Shown piece by piece: positions 21,918 to 31,098 of a stretch of 64,000 nt of DNA. Position numbers and translations under genes: made by a program. The DNA lies in contig JAMPEL010000004.1 in NCBI GenBank assembly GCA_023665185.1, forward strand, positions 10,489-74,488. Reading direction: 5' to 3'. This DNA is from Roseburia sp. (lineage in GTDB: Bacteria; Bacteroidota; Bacteroidia; Bacteroidales; Bacteroidaceae). Position 1 is the first letter of the stretch, and every line of letters begins with the position of its first letter. The notes under the pieces are model-generated. The model did not search any database. It saw only the letters and a program-made list of their open reading frames with translations, and had not been told where the DNA came from.

Positions 21918-22506
21918 GACAATACGAATAGAGCATGGACAGGCAAACAACCTTTGCTACCATGAACGGAGACTGAACAACACACTCAGCCACTTTTTCG
22001 GAACAGGCAGCAACATACAGCTGAAGGATTATCTGCTACTGACACCGGACATGCACGAGACAAAATGCAGAATAATATATGGTGAGAAAGGCATATCGGA
22101 TGTGAGCTACTCACGCTATACCCCCAGACCTGTCCGCTCGCTGCGCATGGTTTGTGCCGACAACATTGACTACGCATACAAGAGTGCGGACCGAAGCGCC
22201 ATCAACCAATTGTTTGGTCTGCGGGGAGAGCAAGACGACATTCTCATTGTCAGACAAGGATTGCTGACAGACACATCCATTGCGAATATCGCACTGTATG
22301 ACGGCTCCTACTGGCATACCCCATGCCATCCGCTGCTGAAAGGCACACGAAGGGAATCGCTCATAGACAGAGGAATACTGAAGGAAACAGACATCACCCC
22401 GGAAATGATGAATATGTTCTCCCGCATACGTCTGTTCAATGCAATGATTGACTGGGATGCGCAGGAACTGCCAATAGAATCCGTATGGTTGCCATCCGGG
22501 CAATAA
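21901..22506 (+). CDS. pabC: Aminodeoxychorismate lyase-like (class IV aminotransferase fold)
   Basis: Short class-IV-like protein overlapping pabB by 17 nt. This is the typical pabB-pabC pairing in Bacteroidales. Confidence 0.65.
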   Translation: MCQFIETIRIEHGQANNLCYHERRLNNTLSHFFGTGSNIQLKDYLLLTPDMHETKCRIIYGEKGISDVSYSRYTPRPVRSLRMVCADNIDYAYKSADRSAINQLFGLRGEQDDILIVRQGLLTDTSIANIALYDGSYWHTPCHPLLKGTRRESLIDRGILKETDITPEMMNMFSRIRLFNAMIDWDAQELPIESVWLPSGQ

Positions 22507-22933
22507 CGACATCAGACCCATACAAAAGGCTATCCCGAAATTTGGAGCAACAATGGCAATTGCGCTGTATATGCAGAGCCTCGACTTGAAAAAATTGCAG
22601 TATCCCCACCCCAATTGAACCTTTTGCCCTTACTCTATATATTAATGGAAGTCCTACAAGCCCAAACCATTTTCCGTATACACTTGCCAGACAATAATAT
22701 GCAGACGGGGGTTGGTGACACTATGCTATTGGGGTCTGAACGCTGATTTTAGGTTCATCCGGCATTTCGAGTGATACGACACACAGTGTGTATAGCCCTC
22801 ACCAAATATATTACACGTCTCCAGACAAAGGGCATCCATTACATCGCTTGTACATGTTTTATAAACGGAAGTCCTAAAACCCGAACCATTCTGACGCGCG
22901 TAATGCAAGACAACAGTATGCAGGTAAGGAATG

Positions 22934-23558
22934 TTTTGACATTATGTCACTTGGACGTGAAAGGCGAATTTTAACATTTCGGGCGGCTGCCGACTTAGAA
23001 CCGGTACTTGATTTTGAATGTTTTATTGATAAGTCGTTGATAATCAGTTAAATGTATTTTTAGCGAAAAGTACGCGTTTTTTGGCATAAAACGCATGGTC
23101 TGAGTCAAAACAGGATGTATTGATAATCAGTGAGTTATGAGAAATTTGTCTTAAAATAGTCTTTTTCCGGGTTCAAAATCCATTTTTGTTTTTCGGGGCA
23201 TGGAAAAGGCGGCTGTCGTCTTTTTGAGGACGTGATTCGGAAAAATGCCCGATTTTGGGCCGAAAAACGGGCTTTGAAAATTTTGTTCACCTTGAAAATA
23301 AAATTCGTTCACCTTGCGAAAAAAATCAGTGTGCCTTGAAAATAAATTTTCAGCACCTTGTAATTTTGGGTTTTAGTGGGCTTTTGGGTGGGGAAGGTGT
23401 GTTTTGAGGTGAAATTCTATATCTTTTAGTCGGTCGGATTGTCCTGTTTGTCCACTCGGTTTTTAAGGTTCAAAAGCCTCCGTAGAATCGCGTTTTTGCA
23501 ACCTCGGCGGAGTCCGGTTCATTTTGAGGCGATTCTACGGAGGTCGGATTTTAACATT
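22934..23558 (+). repeat. Copy B of the ~0.6 kb dispersed noncoding repeat family
   Basis: Same ordered blocks as copies A and C. TTTTAACAT occurs at 22969 and 23549. Perfect 15-bp terminal hairpin, cctccgtagaatcgc (23477-23491) / gcgattctacggagg (23529-23543). The left-flank unit is also present twice, at about 22643-22712 and 22862-22930. Confidence 0.75.
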
Positions 23559-24017
23559 CACAGTTAAAACAAAAGCAAGCAAAATCATTTATATATCAAC
23601 AAAATATCAGAATATGCAACCTTTTTACTATCATCTACAAACAAACAGCCCACAGACAAATCCCAACAATTGGCAGTTTGTCAGCGTCCGTTATTTGTCA
23701 TAATCCAAATGAATAAATATCCGACAGGATTCTTTCAAATTTATGCCGCCTTATCACTTGAAATGCTGGATGAGCAACAAAGATGCGACATCCACGAGAT
23801 TTAATATAGACTTGGGAGTCAGATTAGCCCAATTCAAAAAAAAGGATTATATTTGCAAGTTAGATGCGATTTGTCACTGACAAACAGACCAAAGATGTGG
23901 AAATACAAACAACATGAAGAGAAGTTCTCTCGTAGTCGCAAAAGGATTGGTCTCCCTGTCAGAGCTGCAAGGGAGTTTCTTGTACACAAAAAAGGAAATA
24001 ATGCTTCTTTCTGAAAT

Positions 24018-24248
24018 ATGAACATAAGTGGTATTGAGATTGCTGTTGAGCGTAAAGCCATTAAGCACATGCATCTGTCGGTATATCCTCCTGATGGACG
24101 TGTGCATCTCAGTGTGCCGCATTCTACCAGCGACGAACAAATCCGTCTGTTCATACTTTCAAAGTGGGTCTGGCTCATAGAGAAACGAGAAGCGGCAACC
24201 AGCCATAAAATCATATACATGGAGATTTGTCCAATCCAGAAGGAATGA
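24018..24248 (+). pseudogene. N-terminal fragment of a YgjP-like (DUF45/M48-type) metallopeptidase
   Basis: MNISGIEIAVERKAIKHMHLSVYPPDGRVHLSVP...FILSKWVWLIEKRE matches the N-terminal third of YgjP-like proteins. The HExxH part is missing. Confidence 0.5.
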
Positions 24249-24637
24249 TCTTCGGATACGGTGACGAACTGGATGAAGATTACAAACGAATATCACGTAT
24301 CAATGATAACGAGTATCTTAGGTTCATGAAATCAGTAAGGTATCTTGAAACAGAAAACTATAGGAAAATGCTGTCCTTCATCGAATCTGCTCCATATCAG
24401 ATATACATTATGGGACATTCTTGCGGAAATTCAGACAGAACGCTATTGAACACGTTGTTTGAACACAGGAACTGTGTGTCCATCAAACCTTTTTATTATG
24501 CGGCAAGCAATGGAACGGACAATTATATGGACATCATTCAAAACATTAGTCGAAACTTTACTGACATGAAATTGATGAGAGACCGTGTCGTAAACAAACA
24601 CCATTGCAAGCAATTACCACAACAGACTCTCAAATAA
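24227..24637 (+). pseudogene. C-terminal fragment of an AbiH-like abortive-infection protein
   Basis: QIYIMGHSCGNSDRTLLNTLFEH resembles the AbiH C-terminal GHS..D motif. The expected N-terminal half is absent. The ORF starts where the YgjP-like fragment ends. Confidence 0.5.
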
Positions 24638-24776
24638 AAGTGAAACAGAGATGGATATGGGTAGATTCAATCTGTGTGCAATACAACTTATCACTTAAAA
24701 TGTCGGATGAACCACAAAAACACCGCCCTTTCGTACATTTTAAATGACAAAATGCCTTTTTATACAAACGATTAGC

Positions 24777-24784
24777 TACTTTTG
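24777..24784 (+). promoter_or_regulatory. Putative -7 box (TACTTTTG) upstream of the M6 protease gene
   Basis: TAnnTTTG match lies 130 nt upstream of ATG 24914, which would mean a long leader. Confidence 0.3.
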
Positions 24785-24913
24785 CAGCCATAACAAGAGA
24801 ACAACGCGCAAACAACCAATATAGGGGGATTACGGACAGCCAAGTAAAAACACATAAGCTATTCATTCCTGCAAGTTGGAACGTATCATTCTCACAACAA
24901 AAATCAAGCAACA

Positions 24914-26734
24914 ATGAATATCAAGCGATTACTCATTCTCATGTCAATGATGCAGGCTACATTTTCAGCCAATGCAGGCATTAAACCACGCAAGGGCATA
25001 ATCATTGCCCGGCAGAGTGACGGAACGGAAATCACACTCCACCATATTGGTGACGGAACATTCTCATACTTTCGGACAACCGACGGTTTTGTGGTGGCAA
25101 AAGGAGCGTCAGGCGACTATTGTTATGTGGAGTCAATCGGAGAAAACGGCTTTACGGTCTCTTCCATCACGGCACACAACACAGACCAACGGAGCGAAGA
25201 AGAGAAAGTATCTATCAAACAGATGAAACGGGAGCATGAAACCGCCCCATTGCTGTCGCCTGCAGACAACACCTCCCTGTACACGAGAATAAGCAGCATA
25301 GGTCTTGCCCCGCTTCCATCAACAGGCTCACCCCGCATACCGGTCATTCTGGTCGAGTTTAATGACCTCGCCTTCTCTGCGGCTGAAACAGCAGAAGCGA
25401 CCAATAGTTTTTTCGACAAATACTGTAACGGCACGAACAACGGGAAGAACTACACCGATGCCGGCAGTGCAGGAGCGGTAAGGGACTATTTCATCGCACA
25501 AAGCGACAGTCTGTTCCAACCACAATTCACAATCATTGGTCCGGTCAGACTCAGCAGAGAATACGCTTACTACGGAAAAAACACGGGGCGAAAAGACATA
25601 AACATCGACCAGTTTTTTTCCGAGGCGATAGAAAAAGCCCATGAGACAGGCATAGACTGGACACAGTTCGACAACAACCACAACGGCAGCGTGGACATCG
25701 CCTATTTCATCTATGCCGGAGAGGGAGAAAATGCCAGTGAGGACACCAACACCATATGGCCCAAAGAAGTAAACAAAAAAGAGACGATATGCGGCATCAC
25801 CTTCGATGCTTATGTTTGTAACAATGAAACTTATAACGGAAAAACTGACGGTATAGGCACAATGTGTCATGAACTGAGCCACGCACTTGGACTCCCCGAC
25901 TTGTACGACACCGGATACACGGCTTTTGGCATGGATTATTGGGACATTATGGATTCCGGCAATTACTGTGCCGATGGATATTGTCCTTGTGGATACAGCG
26001 CGTATGAGAAAGATTTCATGGGATGGAAACCTTTGATTACATTGGAAGCGGGGACGGAACAGGAAATCACTTTGGTTCCTCTGACCGAGGGCGGAAGCGG
26101 ATATAAAATTGTCAATCCGGAAAATCCGAATGAATATTACACTGTGGAGAACAGACAAAATACAAAATGGGACTTGCGGATTGGACAGAGTTCGGAAGAA
26201 AACAAGCATCACGGTATGCTTGTAAGCCATGTAGACTATTCACAATATATGTGGACTACAAATCAAGTCAATACCGCCCCATCCCACCAAAGGCTCACAT
26301 TGATTCCTGCGGACGGCGAACTTTTCTCATCGATTTACATAACAACGGAAAACGACTTTGCGTATTATTTGGAGTCAATGGCGGGCGACCCATATCCGGG
26401 AGCAAGAGATATCAGGGAATTATCCGGCGACAAGGCTTTTGTGTATACGGAATCGAAAAGAATGGGGCAACCTATCACAGACATCAAAGAGTCGGATAAC
26501 GGCATCATCACCTTTACATTCTGTAAGGGAACAACCGACAAAATAGAGGAAGTGGAAGGGAACAACATATTGGAAATAAAAGGAAGCATCATTTCCGCAA
26601 ACAATGCGGAGATATACAATATGGCAGGAACAAAGATAGCGCAAACCGGAAAGACTGCTTCCGAGGTAAAGCTGCAACCTGGAATATATTTAGTCAGAAC
26701 CCATAAAGGCACCCACAAAATTGCCATAAAATAG
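24914..26734 (+). CDS. M6-family (immune inhibitor A-like) metalloprotease with T9SS C-terminal sorting domain
   Basis: Signal peptide, zinc motif HELSHALGLPDLYD, and C-terminal tail IYNMAGTKIAQ...GIYLVRTHKGTHKIAIK. Confidence 0.75.
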   Translation: MNIKRLLILMSMMQATFSANAGIKPRKGIIIARQSDGTEITLHHIGDGTFSYFRTTDGFVVAKGASGDYCYVESIGENGFTVSSITAHNTDQRSEEEKVSIKQMKREHETAPLLSPADNTSLYTRISSIGLAPLPSTGSPRIPVILVEFNDLAFSAAETAEATNSFFDKYCNGTNNGKNYTDAGSAGAVRDYFIAQSDSLFQPQFTIIGPVRLSREYAYYGKNTGRKDINIDQFFSEAIEKAHETGIDWTQFDNNHNGSVDIAYFIYAGEGENASEDTNTIWPKEVNKKETICGITFDAYVCNNETYNGKTDGIGTMCHELSHALGLPDLYDTGYTAFGMDYWDIMDSGNYCADGYCPCGYSAYEKDFMGWKPLITLEAGTEQEITLVPLTEGGSGYKIVNPENPNEYYTVENRQNTKWDLRIGQSSEENKHHGMLVSHVDYSQYMWTTNQVNTAPSHQRLTLIPADGELFSSIYITTENDFAYYLESMAGDPYPGARDIRELSGDKAFVYTESKRMGQPITDIKESDNGIITFTFCKGTTDKIEEVEGNNILEIKGSIISANNAEIYNMAGTKIAQTGKTASEVKLQPGIYLVRTHKGTHKIAIK

Positions 26735-26787
26735 ACGGTGACAAATATTTTTCATGCCAAATGTTTGCTTTATCAAATCTATCAGCC

Positions 26788-27007
26788 TATCTTTGCAGTG
26801 CATTTGAGAAAGAGTAGAACAACAGCCGGGGTACAGGATCGATTGGGATACTCATCAAATTTTAACTGAAAACCGAGAACGTTTCGTTCTTTAATGGCGG
26901 GCCACGCCTCGAAAGGGGTAACCTTTATGGTCGGTGGATTACAAAGAAGTCCGAACACTCAAATCTTGTTTACTCGGAGTTTCATCACATCTCCTCCCGG
27001 CTTTTTT
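26788..27007 (+). ncRNA. Candidate small structured RNA of unknown identity
   Basis: The -7 box TATCTTTG (26788-26795) is followed by ~200 nt with no ORF. The 5' agccggg (26824) pairs with the 3' cccggct (26995), which is followed by tttttt. Internal hairpins: gaacg/cgttc, ggcg/cgcc, aaagg/ccttt. Confidence 0.3.
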
Positions 27008-27061
27008 ACATAGGAGACTCATGGCTTCATACAAAAGGAATGCCGGAGTCTCTTTTATTAA

Positions 27062-27149
27062 GGAAAGTTGCCAGAGAGGTCGAATGGGGCGGACTCGAAA
27101 TCCGCTATACGGTTCTACTGTATCGGGGGTTCGAATCCCTCACTTTCCG
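27062..27149 (+). tRNA. tRNA-Ser (anticodon CGA)
   Basis: Acceptor GGAAAGT/ACTTTCC, anticodon arm GCGGA-CTCGAAA-TCCGC, long variable arm, T arm GGGGG-TTCGAAT-CCCTC, discriminator G. Confidence 0.9.
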
Positions 27150-27185
27150 CTGAACCGAAACGACACAAATCGTTAATTCAGAATA

Positions 27186-27220
27186 AAACCGCAGGCTTAC
27201 GGCAAGTCTTGCGGTTTTTT
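27186..27220 (+). terminator. Rho-independent terminator after tRNA-Ser
   Basis: Stem aaaccgcagg / cttgcggttt followed by a T-run. Confidence 0.7.
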
Positions 27221-27382
27221 CATTCCATATATGCTCAAATCCGAAACCACATTATCATGAAACTGGAGACAAACACTTGTTTTTTTGGAGGGGGCAAGGT
27301 TTATCACACTATAGACACTGTATCCTCAAAATATAAAAAGAACCACTCTGGAAGGATATTTGCGAGACTTAAATCTTTATTG

Positions 27383-27390
27383 TACCTTTG
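27383..27390 (+). promoter_or_regulatory. Putative -7 box (TACCTTTG) upstream of mazG
   Basis: TAnnTTTG match sits 27 nt upstream of ATG 27417. Confidence 0.45.
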
Positions 27391-27416
27391 CGAAAAACAT
27401 ACCATAAATAAGAAAT

Positions 27417-28208
27417 ATGCACAGCAGAGAAGAGAAAATGGAAGCATTCGGGCGACTGCTCGATGTGCTCGACACACTAAGGGAAAAATGCCCGTGGGAC
27501 AAGAAACAGACCAACGAAAGCCTGCGCCCGAACACAATAGAGGAAACATATGAATTATGCGATGCTTTGATAAAGGATGACCAGCTGAACATCTGCAAGG
27601 AATTGGGCGATGTGCTTCTGCATGTATGCTTCTATGCGAAAATAGGAAGCGAAAAAGGAGAATTCGACATAGCTGACGTATGCCACAAACTGTGCGACAA
27701 ACTCATCTACCGCCACCCGCATGTATATGGCGACAGTGTGGCTGAGACAGCAAAAGATGTCATACAATCATGGGAGCAGCTGAAACTGAAGGAAAAAGGC
27801 GGAAACAAGACTGTACTCAGCGGTGTTCCCGAATCACTGCCTTCTCTGATAAAAGCCTACCGCATTCAGGACAAAGCGCGCAATGTGGGTTTCGACTGGG
27901 AAGAGCGTACACAAGTATGGGACAAGGTGAAGGAAGAAATTGCAGAGTTCCAAGCGGAAATTGAGAATATGAATCAGGAAAAAGCAACAGAAGAGTTTGG
28001 TGATGTAATGTTCAGCCTCATCAACGCAGCCCGTCTGTATCACATCAATCCCGACAATGCCCTTGAACATACCAACCAGAAATTCATCCGTCGCTTTGGA
28101 TATGTCGAGGCACAGACCATCAAACAGGGACATTCGCTGAAAGAGATGAGCCTGGAAGAGATGGATGCGCTATGGAATGAGGCAAAACAGGCTGAAAGGG
28201 CAGAATAA
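27417..28208 (+). CDS. mazG: Nucleoside triphosphate pyrophosphohydrolase MazG
   Basis: Tandem MazG domains: EKCPWDKKQT...EETYE and EEFGDVMFSLIN. Confidence 0.85.
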   Translation: MHSREEKMEAFGRLLDVLDTLREKCPWDKKQTNESLRPNTIEETYELCDALIKDDQLNICKELGDVLLHVCFYAKIGSEKGEFDIADVCHKLCDKLIYRHPHVYGDSVAETAKDVIQSWEQLKLKEKGGNKTVLSGVPESLPSLIKAYRIQDKARNVGFDWEERTQVWDKVKEEIAEFQAEIENMNQEKATEEFGDVMFSLINAARLYHINPDNALEHTNQKFIRRFGYVEAQTIKQGHSLKEMSLEEMDALWNEAKQAERAE

Positions 28209-28272
28209 GAGCATTAGCCTATGCCGACTTATGAAAACAGCCACCAAATTTCATATTTTGAATTTTATTCTA

Positions 28273-28280
28273 TACTTTTG
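28273..28280 (+). promoter_or_regulatory. Putative -7 box (TACTTTTG) upstream of ORF 28308
   Basis: TAnnTTTG match sits 28 nt upstream of ATG 28308. Confidence 0.45.
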
Positions 28281-28307
28281 CATTCATAACATCAAAAAAC
28301 GCAGATA

Positions 28308-28754
28308 ATGAACTTTAATCAGCAAACGGCAACAATCGTCAGAGAGGCAATCAGACAAGCTGCAAACAAATATGCAGAGACGGAAGAATGCAACAACATT
28401 GTGACAGACTTCCATATATATATCAGAGAGAAAGAATGCAAAATCGAAATCTGTGATGATGAGGACACTCTACTTGCAGCAGCCGACTTCCAGCCACTGT
28501 TTGCAGAGATGCCCGAGAAAGCAAGATTGGCAGACATGCAGATAAACAAGCTGTTGCAACATGAGCTGCATGACATGAACAAGGGAAAGGAATTTGACAA
28601 TGTGAATATCTTCAAACCATTCTCCTTTTTGCTTGAAAATCCAGACGATGAAACCTTTGAGGAACTGCTGATTGTGGACGACAACAATGTTATTGTATGC
28701 GAAGAGCTTCTTAAAGGACTGGACGAGTTCCTTCATCATCTGTTGGACGAATAA
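28308..28754 (+). CDS. Hypothetical acidic protein
   Basis: 148-aa ORF with its own -7 box. No motif recognised. Confidence 0.5.
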   Translation: MNFNQQTATIVREAIRQAANKYAETEECNNIVTDFHIYIREKECKIEICDDEDTLLAAADFQPLFAEMPEKARLADMQINKLLQHELHDMNKGKEFDNVNIFKPFSFLLENPDDETFEELLIVDDNNVIVCEELLKGLDEFLHHLLDE

Positions 28755-28844
28755 CAAGACATGCCATTGAAAGGCTTTATCCTTTCATACGGAAAGAATA
28801 TGAACAGAATAATATAATGAACAAATAAAAAAAGAAGAAAGATT

Positions 28845-29438
28845 ATGGCAATACAGAACAACTACATTACAGTAGCTTATAAACTATATGTGAAAGACAG
28901 CGAAAGCGAAGAGACAGAGGCTTTGGTAGAAGAATGCACAGCCGAACATCCATTCCAGTTCATCAGCAACCTCGGTGTGGCTCTTGAATCATTCGAGAAG
29001 ATTGTAGCACCTTTGGCAAAAGGAGAGGCATTCGATTTTGTCATTCCGGCAGCCGACGCTTACGGAGACTTTCAGGATGAGCTGATGTTTGATGTGGAGA
29101 AAAGCCTTTTCGAGGTAAACGGACGCTTTGACAAAGAGCACATTTTTGAGGGAAATGTGATACCTCTTGCCGGTCCTGACGGCGAACGCTTCAACGGAAC
29201 TGTTATCGAGATAAAGGAGAATGCCGTAACTATCGACCTCAACCACCCTCGTGCTGGACAAGACTTGCATTTCGTAGGCAAAGTTGTAGAAAACCGCGAG
29301 GCTACCAACGATGAGGTGACAGGCATGATAAACATGCTTAGCGGCGAAGGATGCGGATGCGGATGTGGTGACTGCGGAGGAGGCTGCTGCGATGATCATC
29401 ACCATGACGAGGGATGCGGATGCGGACATTGTCATTAA
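28845..29438 (+). CDS. slyD: FKBP-type peptidyl-prolyl isomerase, SlyD-like, with a Cys/His-rich C-terminal tail
   Basis: FKBP core with an insert-in-flap region. Tail GCGCGCGDCGGGCCDDHHHDEGCGCGHCH. Confidence 0.8.
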   Translation: MAIQNNYITVAYKLYVKDSESEETEALVEECTAEHPFQFISNLGVALESFEKIVAPLAKGEAFDFVIPAADAYGDFQDELMFDVEKSLFEVNGRFDKEHIFEGNVIPLAGPDGERFNGTVIEIKENAVTIDLNHPRAGQDLHFVGKVVENREATNDEVTGMINMLSGEGCGCGCGDCGGGCCDDHHHDEGCGCGHCH

Positions 29439-29444
29439 ATTCTT

Positions 29445-29518
29445 AACAGACAAGTTGATGGACTGGACAAGCAGACATATTGAAAGACATCTGCTTGTAT
29501 TTCGTCAACTTGTCTGTT
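29445..29518 (+). terminator. Compound hairpin between slyD and aroC (possible terminator)
   Basis: Outer 14-bp stem aacagacaagttga / tcaacttgtctgtt encloses an inner 9-bp stem acaagcaga / tctgcttgt. It is followed by a T-rich stretch. Confidence 0.5.
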
Positions 29519-29559
29519 TGCTTACTAAAACTCGTCTGTTTGTTTACTAACAAAGAATT

Positions 29560-30636
29560 ATGCGCAACACATTTGGTAATGTATTTACCCTGACTACTTT
29601 TGGCGAAAGTCATGGAGCAGGTATAGGCGGAGTCATTGACGGATTTCCGGCTGAGATAGACATTGACATGGATTTCATACAGAAAGAACTGAACCGCCGT
29701 AGACCTGGACAAAGCCGTATCACAACAGGAAGAAACGAAGGCGACAAGGTTGAAATCCTTTCTGGAGTATTTGAAGGCAAATCGACAGGTTGCCCGATAG
29801 GCTTCATTGTCAGAAACACCAACCAGCATTCAAATGACTACGAGAATGTGCGTAACATATATCGGCCCTCACATGCCGATTACACTTACACAAAAAAATA
29901 CGGAGCAAGAGACTACAGAGGCGGAGGACGCTCGTCGGCACGGGAAACAATCTCACGCTGCGTAGGAGGTGCATTTGCCAAACTTGCTCTCAGGAATCTC
30001 GGAATCACAATTACCGCCTACACATCACAAGTGGGCAACCTTGAGCTTGAACGTGACTACCGCAAATATGATTTATCTGCCATAGAGGAGAATCCCGTTA
30101 GATGTCCAGACCCAGAAATGGCAAAAAAGATGGAAGAACTCATCTTTAATGTGAAGACTGAGGGTGACACCATCGGCGGAGTAATCACATGTGTAATAAA
30201 AGGATGTCCGGCAGGCATCGGTGAACCGGCATTTGGAAAACTGCATTGCGCACTTGGATGCGCCATGCTAAGTATCAACGCAGTTAAAGGATTTGAATAC
30301 GGTGAGGGATTTGCAGGTGTCGTACAAAGAGGCTCAGAGCAAAACGACATATTCTTCAGTCATAACGGACAGATACATACACGTACCAACCATAGTGGCG
30401 GTGTGCAAGGAGGAATAAGCAATGGAGAGGACATTTATTTCCGGGTAGCCTTCAAGCCTGTAGCCACACTGCTACAGGAACAACAGACCGTTGACAAGCA
30501 AGGAAATGACACAGCTGTGACAGTGAAAGGTCGTCATGACCCTTGCGTGCTTCCGCGTGCTGTACCTATTGTTGAGGCTATGGCGGCAATGACCATACTC
30601 GACTACTATCTGCTAAACAAAACAGTTATACTATAA
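29560..30636 (+). CDS. aroC: Chorismate synthase
   Basis: [16 protein letters not shown], and full-length AroC-like sequence. Confidence 0.95.
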   Translation: MRNTFGNVFTLTTFGESHGAGIGGVIDGFPAEIDIDMDFIQKELNRRRPGQSRITTGRNEGDKVEILSGVFEGKSTGCPIGFIVRNTNQHSNDYENVRNIYRPSHADYTYTKKYGARDYRGGGRSSARETISRCVGGAFAKLALRNLGITITAYTSQVGNLELERDYRKYDLSAIEENPVRCPDPEMAKKMEELIFNVKTEGDTIGGVITCVIKGCPAGIGEPAFGKLHCALGCAMLSINAVKGFEYGEGFAGVVQRGSEQNDIFFSHNGQIHTRTNHSGGVQGGISNGEDIYFRVAFKPVATLLQEQQTVDKQGNDTAVTVKGRHDPCVLPRAVPIVEAMAAMTILDYYLLNKTVIL

Positions 30637-30651
30637 GAGGAAGAAACGGAC

Positions 30652-31098
30652 ATGTCATTGAATAAAGTAATGCTTATAGGCAATGTAGGACAAGAACCTG
30701 TTGTCAGATATTTAGATCAGGGAGTATGCGTAGCCACAGCCAGTCTTGCCACTACAGAAAGAGGCTATACGTTGCCAAACGGCACACAGGTGCCGGAACG
30801 CACCGAATGGCACAACCTCGTTTTCTGGAGAAAACAAGCAGAAATCGTAGAGAAATATGTGCATAAGGGTGACAAGCTGTATGTGGAAGGAAAAATACAA
30901 AGCCGCACATGGAATGACAAACAAGGGGTGCGTCATCAGATAGTGGAGATTATGGTGGAGAACATGGAAATGCTCTCCGCAAGACCTTCACAAAACGTCC
31001 AGCCAACTAATGAGCCGCAAACCATAAAGCCAACTCCAACCTCACAGAACAGTCAGGTGGTACGTCCTCAGGACAATAACGGACAATTCCCTTTCTGA
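30652..31098 (+). CDS. ssb: Single-stranded DNA-binding protein
   Basis: OB fold LNKVMLIGNVGQEP...WHNLVFW, Pro/Gln-rich linker, acidic/aromatic tip DNNGQFPF. Confidence 0.9.
   Translation: MSLNKVMLIGNVGQEPVVRYLDQGVCVATASLATTERGYTLPNGTQVPERTEWHNLVFWRKQAEIVEKYVHKGDKLYVEGKIQSRTWNDKQGVRHQIVEIMVENMEMLSARPSQNVQPTNEPQTIKPTPTSQNSQVVRPQDNNGQFPF

Noticed and set aside
23280-23370. Short direct repeats of caccttgaaaa / ccttgaaaataaa that might suggest a CRISPR-like array
   Set aside because: Only three irregular units are present, with unequal short spacers. They are part of the dispersed repeat family, and no cas genes or leader are nearby.
25328-26230. 300-aa minus-strand ORF inside the M6 protease gene
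   Set aside because: It is antisense to a gene with a clear HExxH zinc motif, signal peptide and T9SS tail. No motifs of its own.
26935-27010. RNase P RNA-like strings (agaagtccgaac and cccggctt)
   Set aside because: In RNase P RNA these two elements are about 300 nt apart, with GGAAAGUCCGG near the 5' end. Here they are 50 nt apart in a unit of only ~200 nt.
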